Below are positions 10,065 to 19,529 of a stretch of DNA of 64,000 nucleotides, piece by piece. Source of the DNA: Burkholderiales bacterium (GTDB lineage: Bacteria > Pseudomonadota > Gammaproteobacteria > Burkholderiales > SG8-39); contig JBIOYV010000102.1 of NCBI GenBank assembly GCA_044870335.1, positions 2,477 through 66,476 on the forward strand, read 5' to 3'. The notes under the pieces are model-generated. The model was not told where the DNA came from and made no database searches. It saw only the letters and a list, made by a program, of their open reading frames with translations. A program made the translations under genes and the position numbers. Positions within the stretch are counted from its first letter, which is position 1. Each line of letters starts with the position of its first letter.

Positions 10065-10948
10065 CCCGGGAATACCTCGATGCCCTGCAGCATCAGCGCC
10101 GCCTTTCCCCGGCGACGCTGACCAATTACGCTCATGCGCTGAAGGCTCTTTTCCAACTTCTTCCCAACCATTCTCTTCCAGAGCTGGAGCCGGCCCAGGT
10201 GCGCCGCTACGTCGCCGTGATGCACTCGCGCGGCCTCGGACCGCGCTCCCTGGCGCTGATGCTCTCGGCCTGGCGCGGCTTCTACCACTGGCTGGTGCGG
10301 CACCACGGCTTCGCCGCCAACCCGGCGGTCGGAGTGCGCGCGCCCAAGGCGCCGCGGCCGCTTCCCAAGGCGCTGTCGGTCGAGGCGGCGCAGCGCCTGC
10401 TCGACGAGAAGCCCGGCAGCCCGCAGCTCGAGCGCGACGCCGCGATGTTCGAGCTCATGTATTCGTCCGGGCTGCGCCTGGGGGAACTGATCGCGCTCAA
10501 CGTGGACGATGGCCGCCTCGATCTCGGCCAGGGCGAAGTCACCGTCACCGGCAAGGGATCGAAGACGCGCACGGTGCCGGTCGGCGCCAAGGCGCGCGAG
10601 GCGCTCAAGGCCTGGATCGCGAGCCGCGCGCAGCTCGCCGCGCCTGGCGAGCGGGCGCTCTTCGTCGGCGGGCGCGGCCGCCGCATAGCGCCGACGGTGG
10701 TCAATTCGCGGCTGCGGGCCTGGGCCAGGCGGCGCGGGCTCGGGCAACGCGTGCACCCGCACATGCTGCGGCATTCGTTCGCCACCCACATGCTGCAGTC
10801 CTCGCAGGACCTGCGCGCGGTGCAGGAGCTCCTCGGGCACGCCAGCATCGCCACCACCCAGGTCTATACGCACCTCGATTTCCAGGCGCTGGCGAAGGTG
10901 TACGACGCCGCGCATCCGCGCGCGCGCAAGAAGACCGCGCCGAAATGA
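10034..10948 (+). CDS. xerC: Tyrosine recombinase XerC
   Basis: YSSGLR, GKGSK, HPHMLRHSFATH, LGHASIATTQVYTH; dapF operon context. Confidence 0.93.
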   Translation: MRGRSDGPALAREYLDALQHQRRLSPATLTNYAHALKALFQLLPNHSLPELEPAQVRRYVAVMHSRGLGPRSLALMLSAWRGFYHWLVRHHGFAANPAVGVRAPKAPRPLPKALSVEAAQRLLDEKPGSPQLERDAAMFELMYSSGLRLGELIALNVDDGRLDLGQGEVTVTGKGSKTRTVPVGAKAREALKAWIASRAQLAAPGERALFVGGRGRRIAPTVVNSRLRAWARRRGLGQRVHPHMLRHSFATHMLQSSQDLRAVQELLGHASIATTQVYTHLDFQALAKVYDAAHPRARKKTAPK

Positions 10949-12132
10949 GCACGCTCATCCTCAAGCGGGGGCGCGAAAAGTCGCTCAAGCGGCGCCATCC
11001 GTGGCTGTTCTCGGGCGCGATCGAAAAGCTGTCGGGCAAGCCCGGCGCGGGCGACACGGTCGAAATCAGGGACGCCTCGGGCAAGCCGCAGGGACGCGCG
11101 GCGTACAGTCCGAAGTCGCAGATCCGTGCGCGCATGTGGACCTTCGACGCGAACGAGGAAGTGGACGCCGCCTTCTTGCGCCGGCGCATCGAGCGCGCGC
11201 TCGCCCTGCGCGAAGCGCTGCCGGCGCGCCGCCACACCAACGCCCTGCGCCTGGTGCACGGGGAATCCGACGGCCTGCCCGGCCTGATCGTCGACCGGTA
11301 TGCGGACGTGCTGGTGGCGCAGTTCCTCGCCGCGGGCGTCGAGCGCTGGCGCGATCCCATCCTCGACACCCTCTCGGAGCTGACCGCGGCCGAAGCGATC
11401 TTCGAGCGCTCCGACGCCGAGGTGCGCAAGCTCGAGGCGCTGCCCGCGCGGGTCGGCTTCGCGCGCGGCAACCGCAACGCCTCGCGCTGCCCGATCGTCG
11501 AATACGGGCTCAATTTCCGCGTCGACGTCGAGCAGGGCCAGAAGACCGGCTTCTTCCTCGATCAGCGCGAGAACCGGCAGCGCGTGCGCGAGCTCGCCGC
11601 CGGCCGCGAGGTGCTCGACGGCTTCAGCTACACCGGCGGTTTCTCGATCGCGGCGCTCGCCGGCGGCGCGCGAAGGATCACCGCGATCGAGAGCTCGGCG
11701 CCCGCGCTCGAGGTGGCGCGCGAGAACCTGGCCGCGAACCCGTTCGACGCCGCGAAGGTGCAATTCGTCCACGGCGACGTGTTCGCCCAGCTGCGCACCC
11801 TGCGCGACCGGGCGGCGCAATTCCAGATGGTGATCCTCGATCCGCCGAAGTTCGCGCCGAGCGCCGCGCAGGTGAAGAACGCCGCGCGCGCCTACAAGGA
11901 CATCAACCTGCTCGCGCTCAAGCTGCTCGCGCCGGGCGGGCTGCTCGCGACCTTCTCGTGCTCGGGCGGGGTCTCGGCGGAGCTGTTCCAGTCGATCGTC
12001 GCCGGCGCCGCGCTCGACGCGGGTGCCGACGCCAAGATCGTCGAGCGCTTCGGCGCCGCCGCCGACCATCCCGTAGCGCTCGAATTCCCGGAAGGGGAAT
12101 ACCTGAAGGGGCTGCTGGTGATGAAGTCCTAA
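10945..12132 (+). CDS. rlmI: 23S rRNA m5C1962 methyltransferase (RlmI family)
   Basis: RRHPWLFSG, GQKTGFFLDQRENR, DPPKFA, PEGEYLKG. Confidence 0.92.
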   Translation: MSTLILKRGREKSLKRRHPWLFSGAIEKLSGKPGAGDTVEIRDASGKPQGRAAYSPKSQIRARMWTFDANEEVDAAFLRRRIERALALREALPARRHTNALRLVHGESDGLPGLIVDRYADVLVAQFLAAGVERWRDPILDTLSELTAAEAIFERSDAEVRKLEALPARVGFARGNRNASRCPIVEYGLNFRVDVEQGQKTGFFLDQRENRQRVRELAAGREVLDGFSYTGGFSIAALAGGARRITAIESSAPALEVARENLAANPFDAAKVQFVHGDVFAQLRTLRDRAAQFQMVILDPPKFAPSAAQVKNAARAYKDINLLALKLLAPGGLLATFSCSGGVSAELFQSIVAGAALDAGADAKIVERFGAAADHPVALEFPEGEYLKGLLVMKS

Positions 12133-12144
12133 GCCAGAACCCCA

Positions 12145-12166
12145 AAATCAGGGACAGACCACGTTT
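12145..12166 (+). repeat. REP-like 22-bp inverted repeat, left copy
   Basis: AAATCAGGGACAGACCACGTTT is the exact reverse complement of 12640..12661. Confidence 0.92.
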
Positions 12167-12197
12167 TTTTGCGTCAACGCGACAGGCGAGCTGTCCG

Positions 12198-12641
12198 TTG
12201 AGTGGGCATCTTTGGGAGGGCCGCTTCAAGTCATGCCTCGTGCAGTCCGAACAGTACGTGCTCGCCTGTTATCGCTATGTAGAACTGAACCCGGTGCGCG
12301 CGGGGCTGGCGGCACGGGCGGACCAATATCAATGGTCCAGCTACCGCGCCAATGCGACTGGTGAGCACTCGGAGCTTCTGACGCCGCACCATGAGTACTT
12401 GAGATTGGGTAGTACTCGCGAAGAGCGGCAGGCTGGCTATCGGGACCTCTTTCGCATGGTTCGGGGCGCCGAGCTGGAGCGCATTCGCGTGGCGACGAAC
12501 GCGGGGTACGTGCTGGGAGATCCCTCGTTCCGGGCGATGATGGCGCGCAGGCTTGGTCGGCGCATGGAGAAGGGGCAAGCAGGACGGCCATCGGCGAGCG
12601 GCCTAGTGGAGGGGCAACTCGACTTGTTGAGCGGAAAATAA
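12198..12641 (+). pseudogene. N-terminally truncated REP-associated tyrosine transposase (RAYT, Y1/HUH family)
   Basis: SGHLWEGRFKS, YVLACYRYVELNPVRAGL, YQWSSY; no upstream HUH half. Confidence 0.85.
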
Positions 12642-12661
12642 ACGTGGTCTGTCCCTGATTT
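12640..12661 (-). repeat. REP-like 22-bp inverted repeat, right copy
   Basis: AAACGTGGTCTGTCCCTGATTT, overlapping the RAYT stop codon. Confidence 0.92.
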
Positions 12662-12717
12662 GGTTTGGTTGACGCTTTTGGCGGCATTTATAATCCCGCC
12701 CTTCGCCAGGAGCACTC

Positions 12718-13701
12718 ATGGAAGAGAGCAACATGGTGCCGGTGACGATCCTCACCGGGTTCCTCGGCAGCGGGAAGACCACGCTGCTCAACCGGATCCT
12801 GAAGGAGGACCACGGCCACCGCATCGCGGTGATCGAGAACGAGTTCGGCGAGATCGGCGTCGACAACGAGATCATCGAGACCGGCGACGAGCAGATCGTC
12901 GAGATGAACAACGGCTGCATCTGCTGCACGGTGCGCGGCGATCTGATCCGCATCCTCGGCACGCTCAAGGAGAAGCGCGACGGGGGCAAGCTCAAGTTCG
13001 ATCGCGTGGTGATCGAGACCACCGGCATGGCCGACCCCGGCCCGGTGGCGCAGACTTTTTTCACCGACGAGGAGATCGGCAACTACTATCTCCTCGATTC
13101 GATCATCACGCTGGTCGACGCCAAGCACGCGCCGAAGCAGCTCGACGAGTTCCACGAGGCGCAGGAACAGGTCGGCTTCGCCGATCGAATCCTTCTGTCA
13201 AAAACGGATCTGGTTTCGCAGGCTGAGGCCGAAACGCTCTCGCAGAGGCTGAAAAGAATGAATCCCCGTGCGCCCATCAAGAAGGTGCACTTCGGCGACG
13301 CGCCGATCGGGGACGTCCTCGACATCCGCGGCTTCAACCTGAACGCGATCCTGCAGCTCGACCCCGAGTTCCTCGTCGACAGCCACCACGAGCACCACGA
13401 TGAGGTCGAGTCGTTCGTGTTCAAGTCGGCCAAGCCCTTCGACGGCCAGAAGCTCGAGCAGTTTCTCTCCGGCATGATCCAGGTCTACGGCCCGGACCTC
13501 CTGCGCTACAAGGGCGTGCTGTGGATGAAAGGCAACCCGCGGCGCGTGGTGTTCCAGGGGGTGCACATGATGATGGGCGGCGACATGGGCAAGCCCTGGG
13601 GCAAGGGCGAGAAGAAGCAGTCGATCATGGTGTTCATCGGCAAGAAACTGCCGAAGGACATCTTCATCGCCGGCATGGAGGAGTGCCTCGCCGGTAAGTA
13701 A
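12718..13701 (+). CDS. COG0523/CobW-family G3E GTPase metallochaperone
   Basis: GFLGSGKTT, NGCICC, IETTG, HHEHH insert, LRYKG, FQGVH. Confidence 0.95.
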   Translation: MEESNMVPVTILTGFLGSGKTTLLNRILKEDHGHRIAVIENEFGEIGVDNEIIETGDEQIVEMNNGCICCTVRGDLIRILGTLKEKRDGGKLKFDRVVIETTGMADPGPVAQTFFTDEEIGNYYLLDSIITLVDAKHAPKQLDEFHEAQEQVGFADRILLSKTDLVSQAEAETLSQRLKRMNPRAPIKKVHFGDAPIGDVLDIRGFNLNAILQLDPEFLVDSHHEHHDEVESFVFKSAKPFDGQKLEQFLSGMIQVYGPDLLRYKGVLWMKGNPRRVVFQGVHMMMGGDMGKPWGKGEKKQSIMVFIGKKLPKDIFIAGMEECLAGK

Positions 13702-13722
13702 ACCGCCTCGTAGACCGCCTCG

Positions 13723-14352
13723 ATGATTTCCGTTCGCGGACTTGCGCACCGCTACGGCAGCGCCGAAGCGCTGCGGCTTCCACAGTGGATCGTGGCGCAG
13801 GGCGAGCGCTGGGCGGTGCTGGGCGCTTCGGGCAGCGGCAAAACCACCCTCCTGCACGTAATCGCCGGCCTGGTCCGGCCTAGCGAAGGCGAGGTCGAGG
13901 TTTCGGGCGAGAAGCTGCGCAAGCTCGACGACGCGAGGCTCGATCGCTGGCGTGGCGCGACGGTGGGGATCGTGCTGCAGGCCCTTCACCTGGTACGCCA
14001 TCTTTCGGTGCGCGACAACCTGCGCCTCGCGCAGTACCTCGCGCATCTGCCGCAAGACGACCTGCGCATCCAGGACACCCTCACTGCGCTCGGGGTCGCG
14101 GCGAAGGCGGCGCGCCGCCCACCCGAGCTCTCGCAGGGAGAACGCCAGCGCGTGGCGATCGCGCGCGCCGTAGTCAACCGGCCGAAGCTGCTGCTCGCCG
14201 ACGAGCCAACCGCGAACCTCGACGACGCGGCGGCGGCGCTCGCGGTGGATCTCCTGACCGAGCAGGCGGCGCGGTACGGCGCGACACTGGTGGTGGCGAC
14301 GCACGACGCGCGCGTGAAGACCAAGTTCCGCGAACGGCTGGAGCTCGCGTGA
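13723..14352 (+). CDS. ABC transporter ATP-binding protein (LolD/MacB-type)
   Basis: GASGSGKT, LSQGERQRVA, LADEPT, ATHD. Confidence 0.92.
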   Translation: MISVRGLAHRYGSAEALRLPQWIVAQGERWAVLGASGSGKTTLLHVIAGLVRPSEGEVEVSGEKLRKLDDARLDRWRGATVGIVLQALHLVRHLSVRDNLRLAQYLAHLPQDDLRIQDTLTALGVAAKAARRPPELSQGERQRVAIARAVVNRPKLLLADEPTANLDDAAAALAVDLLTEQAARYGATLVVATHDARVKTKFRERLELA

Positions 14353-15557
14353 ACCTCGCGTCGCTGTCGGCAAGCTACCTGCGCGCGCGGCCGCTGCACA
14401 CCGCGCTCAGCCTGATCCTGCTCTCGCTCGGCGTGGCGACGATCGTTCTGCTTCTCCTGGTGGTCGGGCAGCTCGAGGAGCGCATGCAGCGCGACGCGCG
14501 CGGGATCGACCTCGTCGTCGGCGCCAAGGGCAGCCCGATGCAGCTCATCCTCTCGGGCATCTATCACCTGGATGCACCGACCGGCAATGTCCCGCTCGCC
14601 GCCGCGCAGGCGCTGGCGAAAGAGCGCTTCGTGAGGAAGGCAATGCCCCTCGCGCTCGGCGACAGCTGGAAGGGTCACCGCATCGTCGGCGCGGGACACG
14701 ATTATCCAAACCACTACGGCGCGGCGCTCGCGGCCGGGCGGCTGTGGGAAAAGCCGATGGAAGTCGTGCTCGGCGCCGAGGTGGCGCAACGCACGGGGGC
14801 CGGCGTCGACGCGAAATTCGCCGGTGCGCACGGCATCAGCGGCGAGGGCGAAGCGCACGAGGCGGCCTACACGGTGGTCGGCGTGCTCGGCCCAACGGGA
14901 AGCGTGCTCGATCGCCTGGTCCTCACGAGCATTGAAAGCGTGTGGCACGTGCACGAGCCGCACCAGGGTTCGCAGGACACGGCCGACAAGAAGGACAAGG
15001 CCGCCGAGCCCGACCGCGAGGTGACCGTCGTGCTACTGCAATACGCCTCGCCGCTCGCGGCGGCGACGCTGCCGCGCCAGATCAACTCGAGGAGCGAGCT
15101 TCAGGCCGCTTCGCCCGCGGTGGAAACCGCGCGCCTTCTCCGCATCGTCGGCGTGGGAGCGGAGGCGCTGCGGGCGTTCGCGATCGTCCTCATGGTCGCG
15201 GCGGGCCTGTCGGTCTTCATCGCCCTCTACACCGCGCTCGAGGAGCGCCGCTACGACCTCGCGGTGATGCGCACCCTCGGCGCCTCGCCGCGCCGGCTTT
15301 TCGGGCTGCTCTTGCTCGAAGGGCTGGTCCTCGCTCTCCTGGGCGCGCTCATCGGCCTCGCCCTGGGCCACCTTTTCGCCGCGCTGCTCGGACTCTGGCT
15401 GCAGGGCCACCAGCAGTACGCAGTAACGGGCCTTGCCTGGCGCCCGGAGGAGCCGTGGCTGGCCGCAGCGGCCCTGGGCGTGGGCGCCCTTGCCGCCCTG
15501 CTTCCGGCGTGGCGCGCCTACCGGACCGACGTGTCGCGCACGCTCGCCCAGGGCTAG
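14349..15557 (+). CDS. FtsX/MacB-type ABC permease (ZrgC-like)
   Basis: DLVVGAKGSPMQLILS, ALGDS, SVWHVH, RTLGAS. Confidence 0.88.
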   Translation: MNLASLSASYLRARPLHTALSLILLSLGVATIVLLLLVVGQLEERMQRDARGIDLVVGAKGSPMQLILSGIYHLDAPTGNVPLAAAQALAKERFVRKAMPLALGDSWKGHRIVGAGHDYPNHYGAALAAGRLWEKPMEVVLGAEVAQRTGAGVDAKFAGAHGISGEGEAHEAAYTVVGVLGPTGSVLDRLVLTSIESVWHVHEPHQGSQDTADKKDKAAEPDREVTVVLLQYASPLAAATLPRQINSRSELQAASPAVETARLLRIVGVGAEALRAFAIVLMVAAGLSVFIALYTALEERRYDLAVMRTLGASPRRLFGLLLLEGLVLALLGALIGLALGHLFAALLGLWLQGHQQYAVTGLAWRPEEPWLAAAALGVGALAALLPAWRAYRTDVSRTLAQG

Positions 15558-15622
15558 GCGGGATTGCAAAGGCGCCGGATTCGGCAAATACTGTCGCCCC
15601 GGCCCAGCCCAGAGCCCGAAAC

Positions 15623-16096
15623 ATGAAAACCCAGGCGTTTCTGTTCGCACTGGCATTCGCCTTTCCGGCCGCGGCACAGCAGCATCAGGCCCTGCCGGGA
15701 GTCGACCCCAACCCGCCGTTCAAGCCCCTCGCCGAGCGCAAGGACGTCGTCTCGTGGAAGCTCCTCGCCGAGGTGGAGCTGGTGAAGCAGAAGGACCGCT
15801 ACGTGCCGCAGTTCTCGCAGGGCGTCGCGGCGCTCGACCAGAAGGAAGTGAAGCTCGAGGGCTTCATGATGCCGCTCGAGATGGGCGACAAGCAGACCCA
15901 CTTCGTGCTGTCGGCGCTCCCGGTCACGTGCGCGTTCTGCCTGCCCGGCGGTCCCGAGGCCTTGGTCGAGGTCAAGACGAAGCAGCCGGTGAAGTACAGC
16001 TTCGACCCGATCGTCGTGCGCGGCAGGATGTCCGTGCTCAGGGACGATCCGACTGGCGTCTTCTACCGCATCACGGACGCTGTCCACGCCAACTAA
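15623..16096 (+). CDS. DUF3299 secreted protein (ZrgD-like)
   Basis: Signal peptide; VKLEGFMMPL, CAFCLPGGP; follows ABC permease. Confidence 0.8.
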   Translation: MKTQAFLFALAFAFPAAAQQHQALPGVDPNPPFKPLAERKDVVSWKLLAEVELVKQKDRYVPQFSQGVAALDQKEVKLEGFMMPLEMGDKQTHFVLSALPVTCAFCLPGGPEALVEVKTKQPVKYSFDPIVVRGRMSVLRDDPTGVFYRITDAVHAN

Positions 16097-16106
16097 CCTT
16101 CGGGCT

Positions 16107-16397
16107 TTGATCGCGCGGCTGCTGCTCGCCGCGGCGCTGCTCGCCGGCTGGCAGGCGGCGCTCGTCCACCCGCTGCAGCACGCCGACGGCGCGGGTCTGG
16201 TTCACCTCGGCGGCAAGTCTTCCGAAAAAACCGCAGCCTGCGACGCGCTCGCCGCGCTGACTGCGTGTGCGGCGCAGTCGCCGTACGCGTTCGAGCCACC
16301 GGCGGCCGACCGGCACGCCTTCCGGTTCTCCGAATCCCGGCCGCGCGCAGCCGAAGCGCCGCCGTTCCTCGCCCAGGGTCCGCCAGCACTTCTCTGA
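16107..16397 (+). CDS. DUF2946-like leader protein with QGPP (RAPP-like) C-terminus
   Basis: Hydrophobic N-terminus, HPLQH, two Cys, Pro-rich tail ending AQGPPALL, directly upstream of an outer-membrane transporter. Confidence 0.72.
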   Translation: MIARLLLAAALLAGWQAALVHPLQHADGAGLVHLGGKSSEKTAACDALAALTACAAQSPYAFEPPAADRHAFRFSESRPRAAEAPPFLAQGPPALL

Positions 16398-16460
16398 GTC
16401 GCTTCCAGGCGCGCACCGTGATCGCACGGTGCGCTTGGCCATCACTCAGATAGGGAGTGC
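16386..16460 (+). promoter_or_regulatory. Predicted SD-sequestering mRNA structure
   Basis: 16386-16399 pairs with 16444-16460 (7 bp, 3-nt bulge, 7 bp) over AGGGAG; encloses a perfect 10-bp hairpin 16411-16434. Confidence 0.65.
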
Positions 16461-16464
16461 AAGC

Positions 16465-17802
16465 ATGTTCCGCAGTGTGTGTTGCGCAGTGGCGCTTGCC
16501 ACGGCAGCCGTTCCCGCGTCGGCGCAGGACGCGGAGCTCTCCAAACTCCGGGAGGCGCTGCGCCAGCTTCAGCAGCAGGTGCAGGAGCTGGAAAAGCGCG
16601 TGCAGGAGGCCGAGGCGAAAAGCACCAAGCCACAGGAAGCCGCTGTGCCAGCGCCACCACCGCCGCCGCCGGCTCAGCCCGGACGCGCCGGCGGATCGAA
16701 CGCGTTCAACCCCGACATCTCGGTGATCCTCCAAGGCACCGCGGCGCGCAGCTCGCTCGACCCGAACACCTATCAGATCACCGGGTTTGCGCCTTCGGGC
16801 GGCGAGGTCAACCCGGCGCCGCGTGGATTCAGCCTCGGCGAATCCGAGCTCATCATCACGAGCAACGTCGATCCGTACTTCCGGGGTCAGCTCGTCGCGT
16901 CGCTCACGCCGGAGAACGAGGTCGAGGTCGAGGAGGCGTTCTTCCAGACGCTCGCGCTCGGCCGCGGCTTCACGCTGAAGGGCGGGCGCTTTCTCTCCGG
17001 CATCGGCTACCAGAACGAGATCCACCAGCACGCCTGGGACTTCCAGGACGCGCCGCTCGCCTACAAGGCATTCCTCGGCGGCCGGCTGAACGACGACGGC
17101 GTGCAGTTGCGCTGGCTCGCGCCGACCGAGCTTTTCGTCGAGCTCGGCGCCGAGCTCGCGCGCGGGCGCAGCTTCCCGGCGGCCGACAACAACCGGAACG
17201 GCGCCAATGCGTGGACCGTGTTCGGGCACGTGGGCGGTGACATCGGCGAAAGCACCGCGTGGCGCGCCGGCCTTTCGTACCTGGGCGCCTCGCCGCAGGA
17301 CCGTGCTTTCACCGATCTCAATTCAACCCAATCCTTCACCGGCGACAGCCGCACGTGGATCGCCGACTTCGTCCTCAAGTGGGCGCCGAACGGCAATGCC
17401 TCGGTCACCAACCTGAAGCTGCAAGGTGAGTACTTCCGTCGCGAGGAATCCGGCGCGCTCACCGTCGACGCCTCGAGCGGCGATTACTCGAGCCGCCAAT
17501 CGGGCTGGTACCTGCAGGCGGCGTACCAGTTCATGCCGCGCTGGCGCGTGGGTTACCGCTACGATCGCCTCGACCACGGCACGGTGACCAACGGCCTCGG
17601 CCTCGCGGCGCAGGGTGCGCCGCTTCTCTTCACCGACCATAACCCGACGCGCAATACCGCCATGGTGGACTGGAGCCTCACCGAGTTCAGCCGCTTCCGC
17701 CTGCAGTACGCGCTTGACAAGTCGCGCGCCGACATGACCGACAACCAGCTCCTTCTCCAGTACATCCTCAGCCTGGGCGCGCACGGCGCGCACAAATTCT
17801 AG
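16465..17802 (+). CDS. Outer-membrane beta-barrel, metal-uptake associated, with N-terminal coiled coil
   Basis: Signal peptide, coiled coil, FNPDISVIL, HQHAWDF, C-terminal GAHGAHKF; upstream of a metal-binding protein. Confidence 0.8.
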   Translation: MFRSVCCAVALATAAVPASAQDAELSKLREALRQLQQQVQELEKRVQEAEAKSTKPQEAAVPAPPPPPPAQPGRAGGSNAFNPDISVILQGTAARSSLDPNTYQITGFAPSGGEVNPAPRGFSLGESELIITSNVDPYFRGQLVASLTPENEVEVEEAFFQTLALGRGFTLKGGRFLSGIGYQNEIHQHAWDFQDAPLAYKAFLGGRLNDDGVQLRWLAPTELFVELGAELARGRSFPAADNNRNGANAWTVFGHVGGDIGESTAWRAGLSYLGASPQDRAFTDLNSTQSFTGDSRTWIADFVLKWAPNGNASVTNLKLQGEYFRREESGALTVDASSGDYSSRQSGWYLQAAYQFMPRWRVGYRYDRLDHGTVTNGLGLAAQGAPLLFTDHNPTRNTAMVDWSLTEFSRFRLQYALDKSRADMTDNQLLLQYILSLGAHGAHKF

Positions 17803-17809
17803 GAACGCC

Positions 17810-18706
17810 ATGAAAAGCATCGCCGCGATCTTTCTCATGCTGTCGGCTTCGCCGGGCGCGCTCGCCGCGCTGAACATCTTCGCGTGCACGCCGGAATGGG
17901 GCGCGCTCGCGAAAGAGCTGGGCGCCGGCAAGGTGAACGTCTATGTCGCATCCACCGCGCTGCAGGACCCGCACCGCATCGAGGCGCGGCCCAGCCTGAT
18001 CGCCCGGGCGCGCAGCGCCGATCTCATGGTATGCAACGGCGCCCAGCTCGAGATCGGCTGGCTGCCGCTCGTGCAGCAGCAGTCGGGCAACACGAAGATC
18101 CAGCCCGGACAGCCGGGCTACTTCGAGGCGGCAGCCGCGGTGGCGCTCATCGAGAAGCCGGCGAACGTGGACCGATCGCAGGGCGACGTGCATCCCGAGG
18201 GCAACCCGCATGTTCACCTCGACCCGCGCAACGTCGCGCTCGTCGCAGCTGCACTCGGCGAGCGCATGGCGCGTCTCGATGCCGGCGAGGCGGCGCTCTA
18301 CCGCAGCCGCACCAAGAGCTTTCTCGAGCGCTGGAAGGAGGCCGCGGCGCGCTGGCAGAGGGAAGGGGCGCCGCTCAAGGGCGTCGGCGTGGTGGTCTAC
18401 CACAAGAACCTGAGCTATCTCCTGAGCTGGCTGGGCATGCAGGAGGTGGGCGCGCTCGAACCCAAGCCGGGACTGCCGCCGAGCACGGCGCACCTCAACG
18501 AGCTTCTCGAGCAGCTGAAGCGGACTCCCGCGAAAGCGGTGGTCCGCGCGGCCTACAACGAGCCGCGCGCGGCCGAGTGGCTGGCGGAGCGCACGAAGAT
18601 CCTGCCCATCACGCTGCCCTACACGGTGGGCGGCACCGATGCGGCGAAGGACCTCTTCAGCCTGTACGACGATACGCTCGCGCGCCTGCTCGCGATCGCG
18701 AAATGA
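17810..18706 (+). CDS. Zn/Mn ABC substrate-binding protein (ZnuA/TroA family)
   Basis: [32 protein letters not shown]. Confidence 0.92.
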   Translation: MKSIAAIFLMLSASPGALAALNIFACTPEWGALAKELGAGKVNVYVASTALQDPHRIEARPSLIARARSADLMVCNGAQLEIGWLPLVQQQSGNTKIQPGQPGYFEAAAAVALIEKPANVDRSQGDVHPEGNPHVHLDPRNVALVAAALGERMARLDAGEAALYRSRTKSFLERWKEAAARWQREGAPLKGVGVVVYHKNLSYLLSWLGMQEVGALEPKPGLPPSTAHLNELLEQLKRTPAKAVVRAAYNEPRAAEWLAERTKILPITLPYTVGGTDAAKDLFSLYDDTLARLLAIAK

Positions 18707-19470
18707 GCTTCGATCCCGGCATTCTGTGGGCACCGCTCGTTGCGGGACTCCTCGTGACGGCGACGCACGCGCCGCTTGGCATGCAGGTGCTGAATCGCGG
18801 CATCGTGTTCATCGACCTCGCGGTCGCGCAGATCGCCGGGCTGGGCGTGATCTTTGCCGACTGGCTCGGCTTCGAGCCGCAGGGCGTCGCGGTGCAAGCC
18901 GCGGCCCTGACCGCCGCGCTCGCCGGCGCGCTTCTCCTCAACTGGACCGAAAAGCTGTGGCCCGACGTACAGGAAGCGGTCATCGGAGTCACGTTCATCG
19001 TTGCGGCCAACGCGGCGATCCTGCTCCTCGCCGCGAATCCGCGGGGCGCAGAGCATCTCAAGGATCTCCTCATCGGCCAGATCCTGTGGGTCCGTTCGGC
19101 GCAGCTCCCGATCATCGGCCTGCTCTCGGCGGCGATCCTCGCGGTCTGGTTCGGCCTGCGCGGCAGGATGGGCCGCAGCGGCTTCTACCTCGTGTTCGCC
19201 TGCGCGGTGACGCTTTCGGTGCAGCTCGTCGGCCTGTATCTCGTTTTCGCCACGCTGATCGTTCCCGCGCTCGCTACGCGCAGGCTTTCGCGGGGACGGC
19301 TCGCGGCCTGCTACGGCATCGGCGCCGCGGGATACGCGGCCGGGCTGCTCGCTTCCGCAATCACCGATCTGCCCGCGGGGCCTCTGGTCGTTTGCGTCAT
19401 GGCGCTCCTCGGCGTCGTCCTGCTGGCCGGGACCTCGCGCTCGGCGGTTCATGGCAGCGAACAGGTGTAG
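18703..19470 (+). CDS. Metal ABC permease (ZnuB family)
   Basis: [27 protein letters not shown]. Confidence 0.88.
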   Translation: MSFDPGILWAPLVAGLLVTATHAPLGMQVLNRGIVFIDLAVAQIAGLGVIFADWLGFEPQGVAVQAAALTAALAGALLLNWTEKLWPDVQEAVIGVTFIVAANAAILLLAANPRGAEHLKDLLIGQILWVRSAQLPIIGLLSAAILAVWFGLRGRMGRSGFYLVFACAVTLSVQLVGLYLVFATLIVPALATRRLSRGRLAACYGIGAAGYAAGLLASAITDLPAGPLVVCVMALLGVVLLAGTSRSAVHGSEQV

Positions 19471-19483
19471 CCTTGATATCTTC

Positions 19484-19509
19484 GATACCGGCTCCAGATA
19501 CCGGTTCCA
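19484..19509 (+). repeat. 13-bp tandem duplication in the hslV promoter region
   Basis: GATACCGGCTCCA followed by GATACCGGTTCCA. Confidence 0.8.
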
Positions 19510-19529
19510 GATCATTGCGCTCCGACCGC

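Noticed and set aside
10034-10948. Tyrosine recombinase as a phage or island integrase
   Set aside because: Canonical dapF-DUF484-xerC context indicates chromosomal XerC
11001-12641. 546-aa ORF as a full-length transposase or rlmI fusion
   Set aside because: The first ~400 codons are an Arg-rich shadow frame of rlmI; only 12198 onward is RAYT-like
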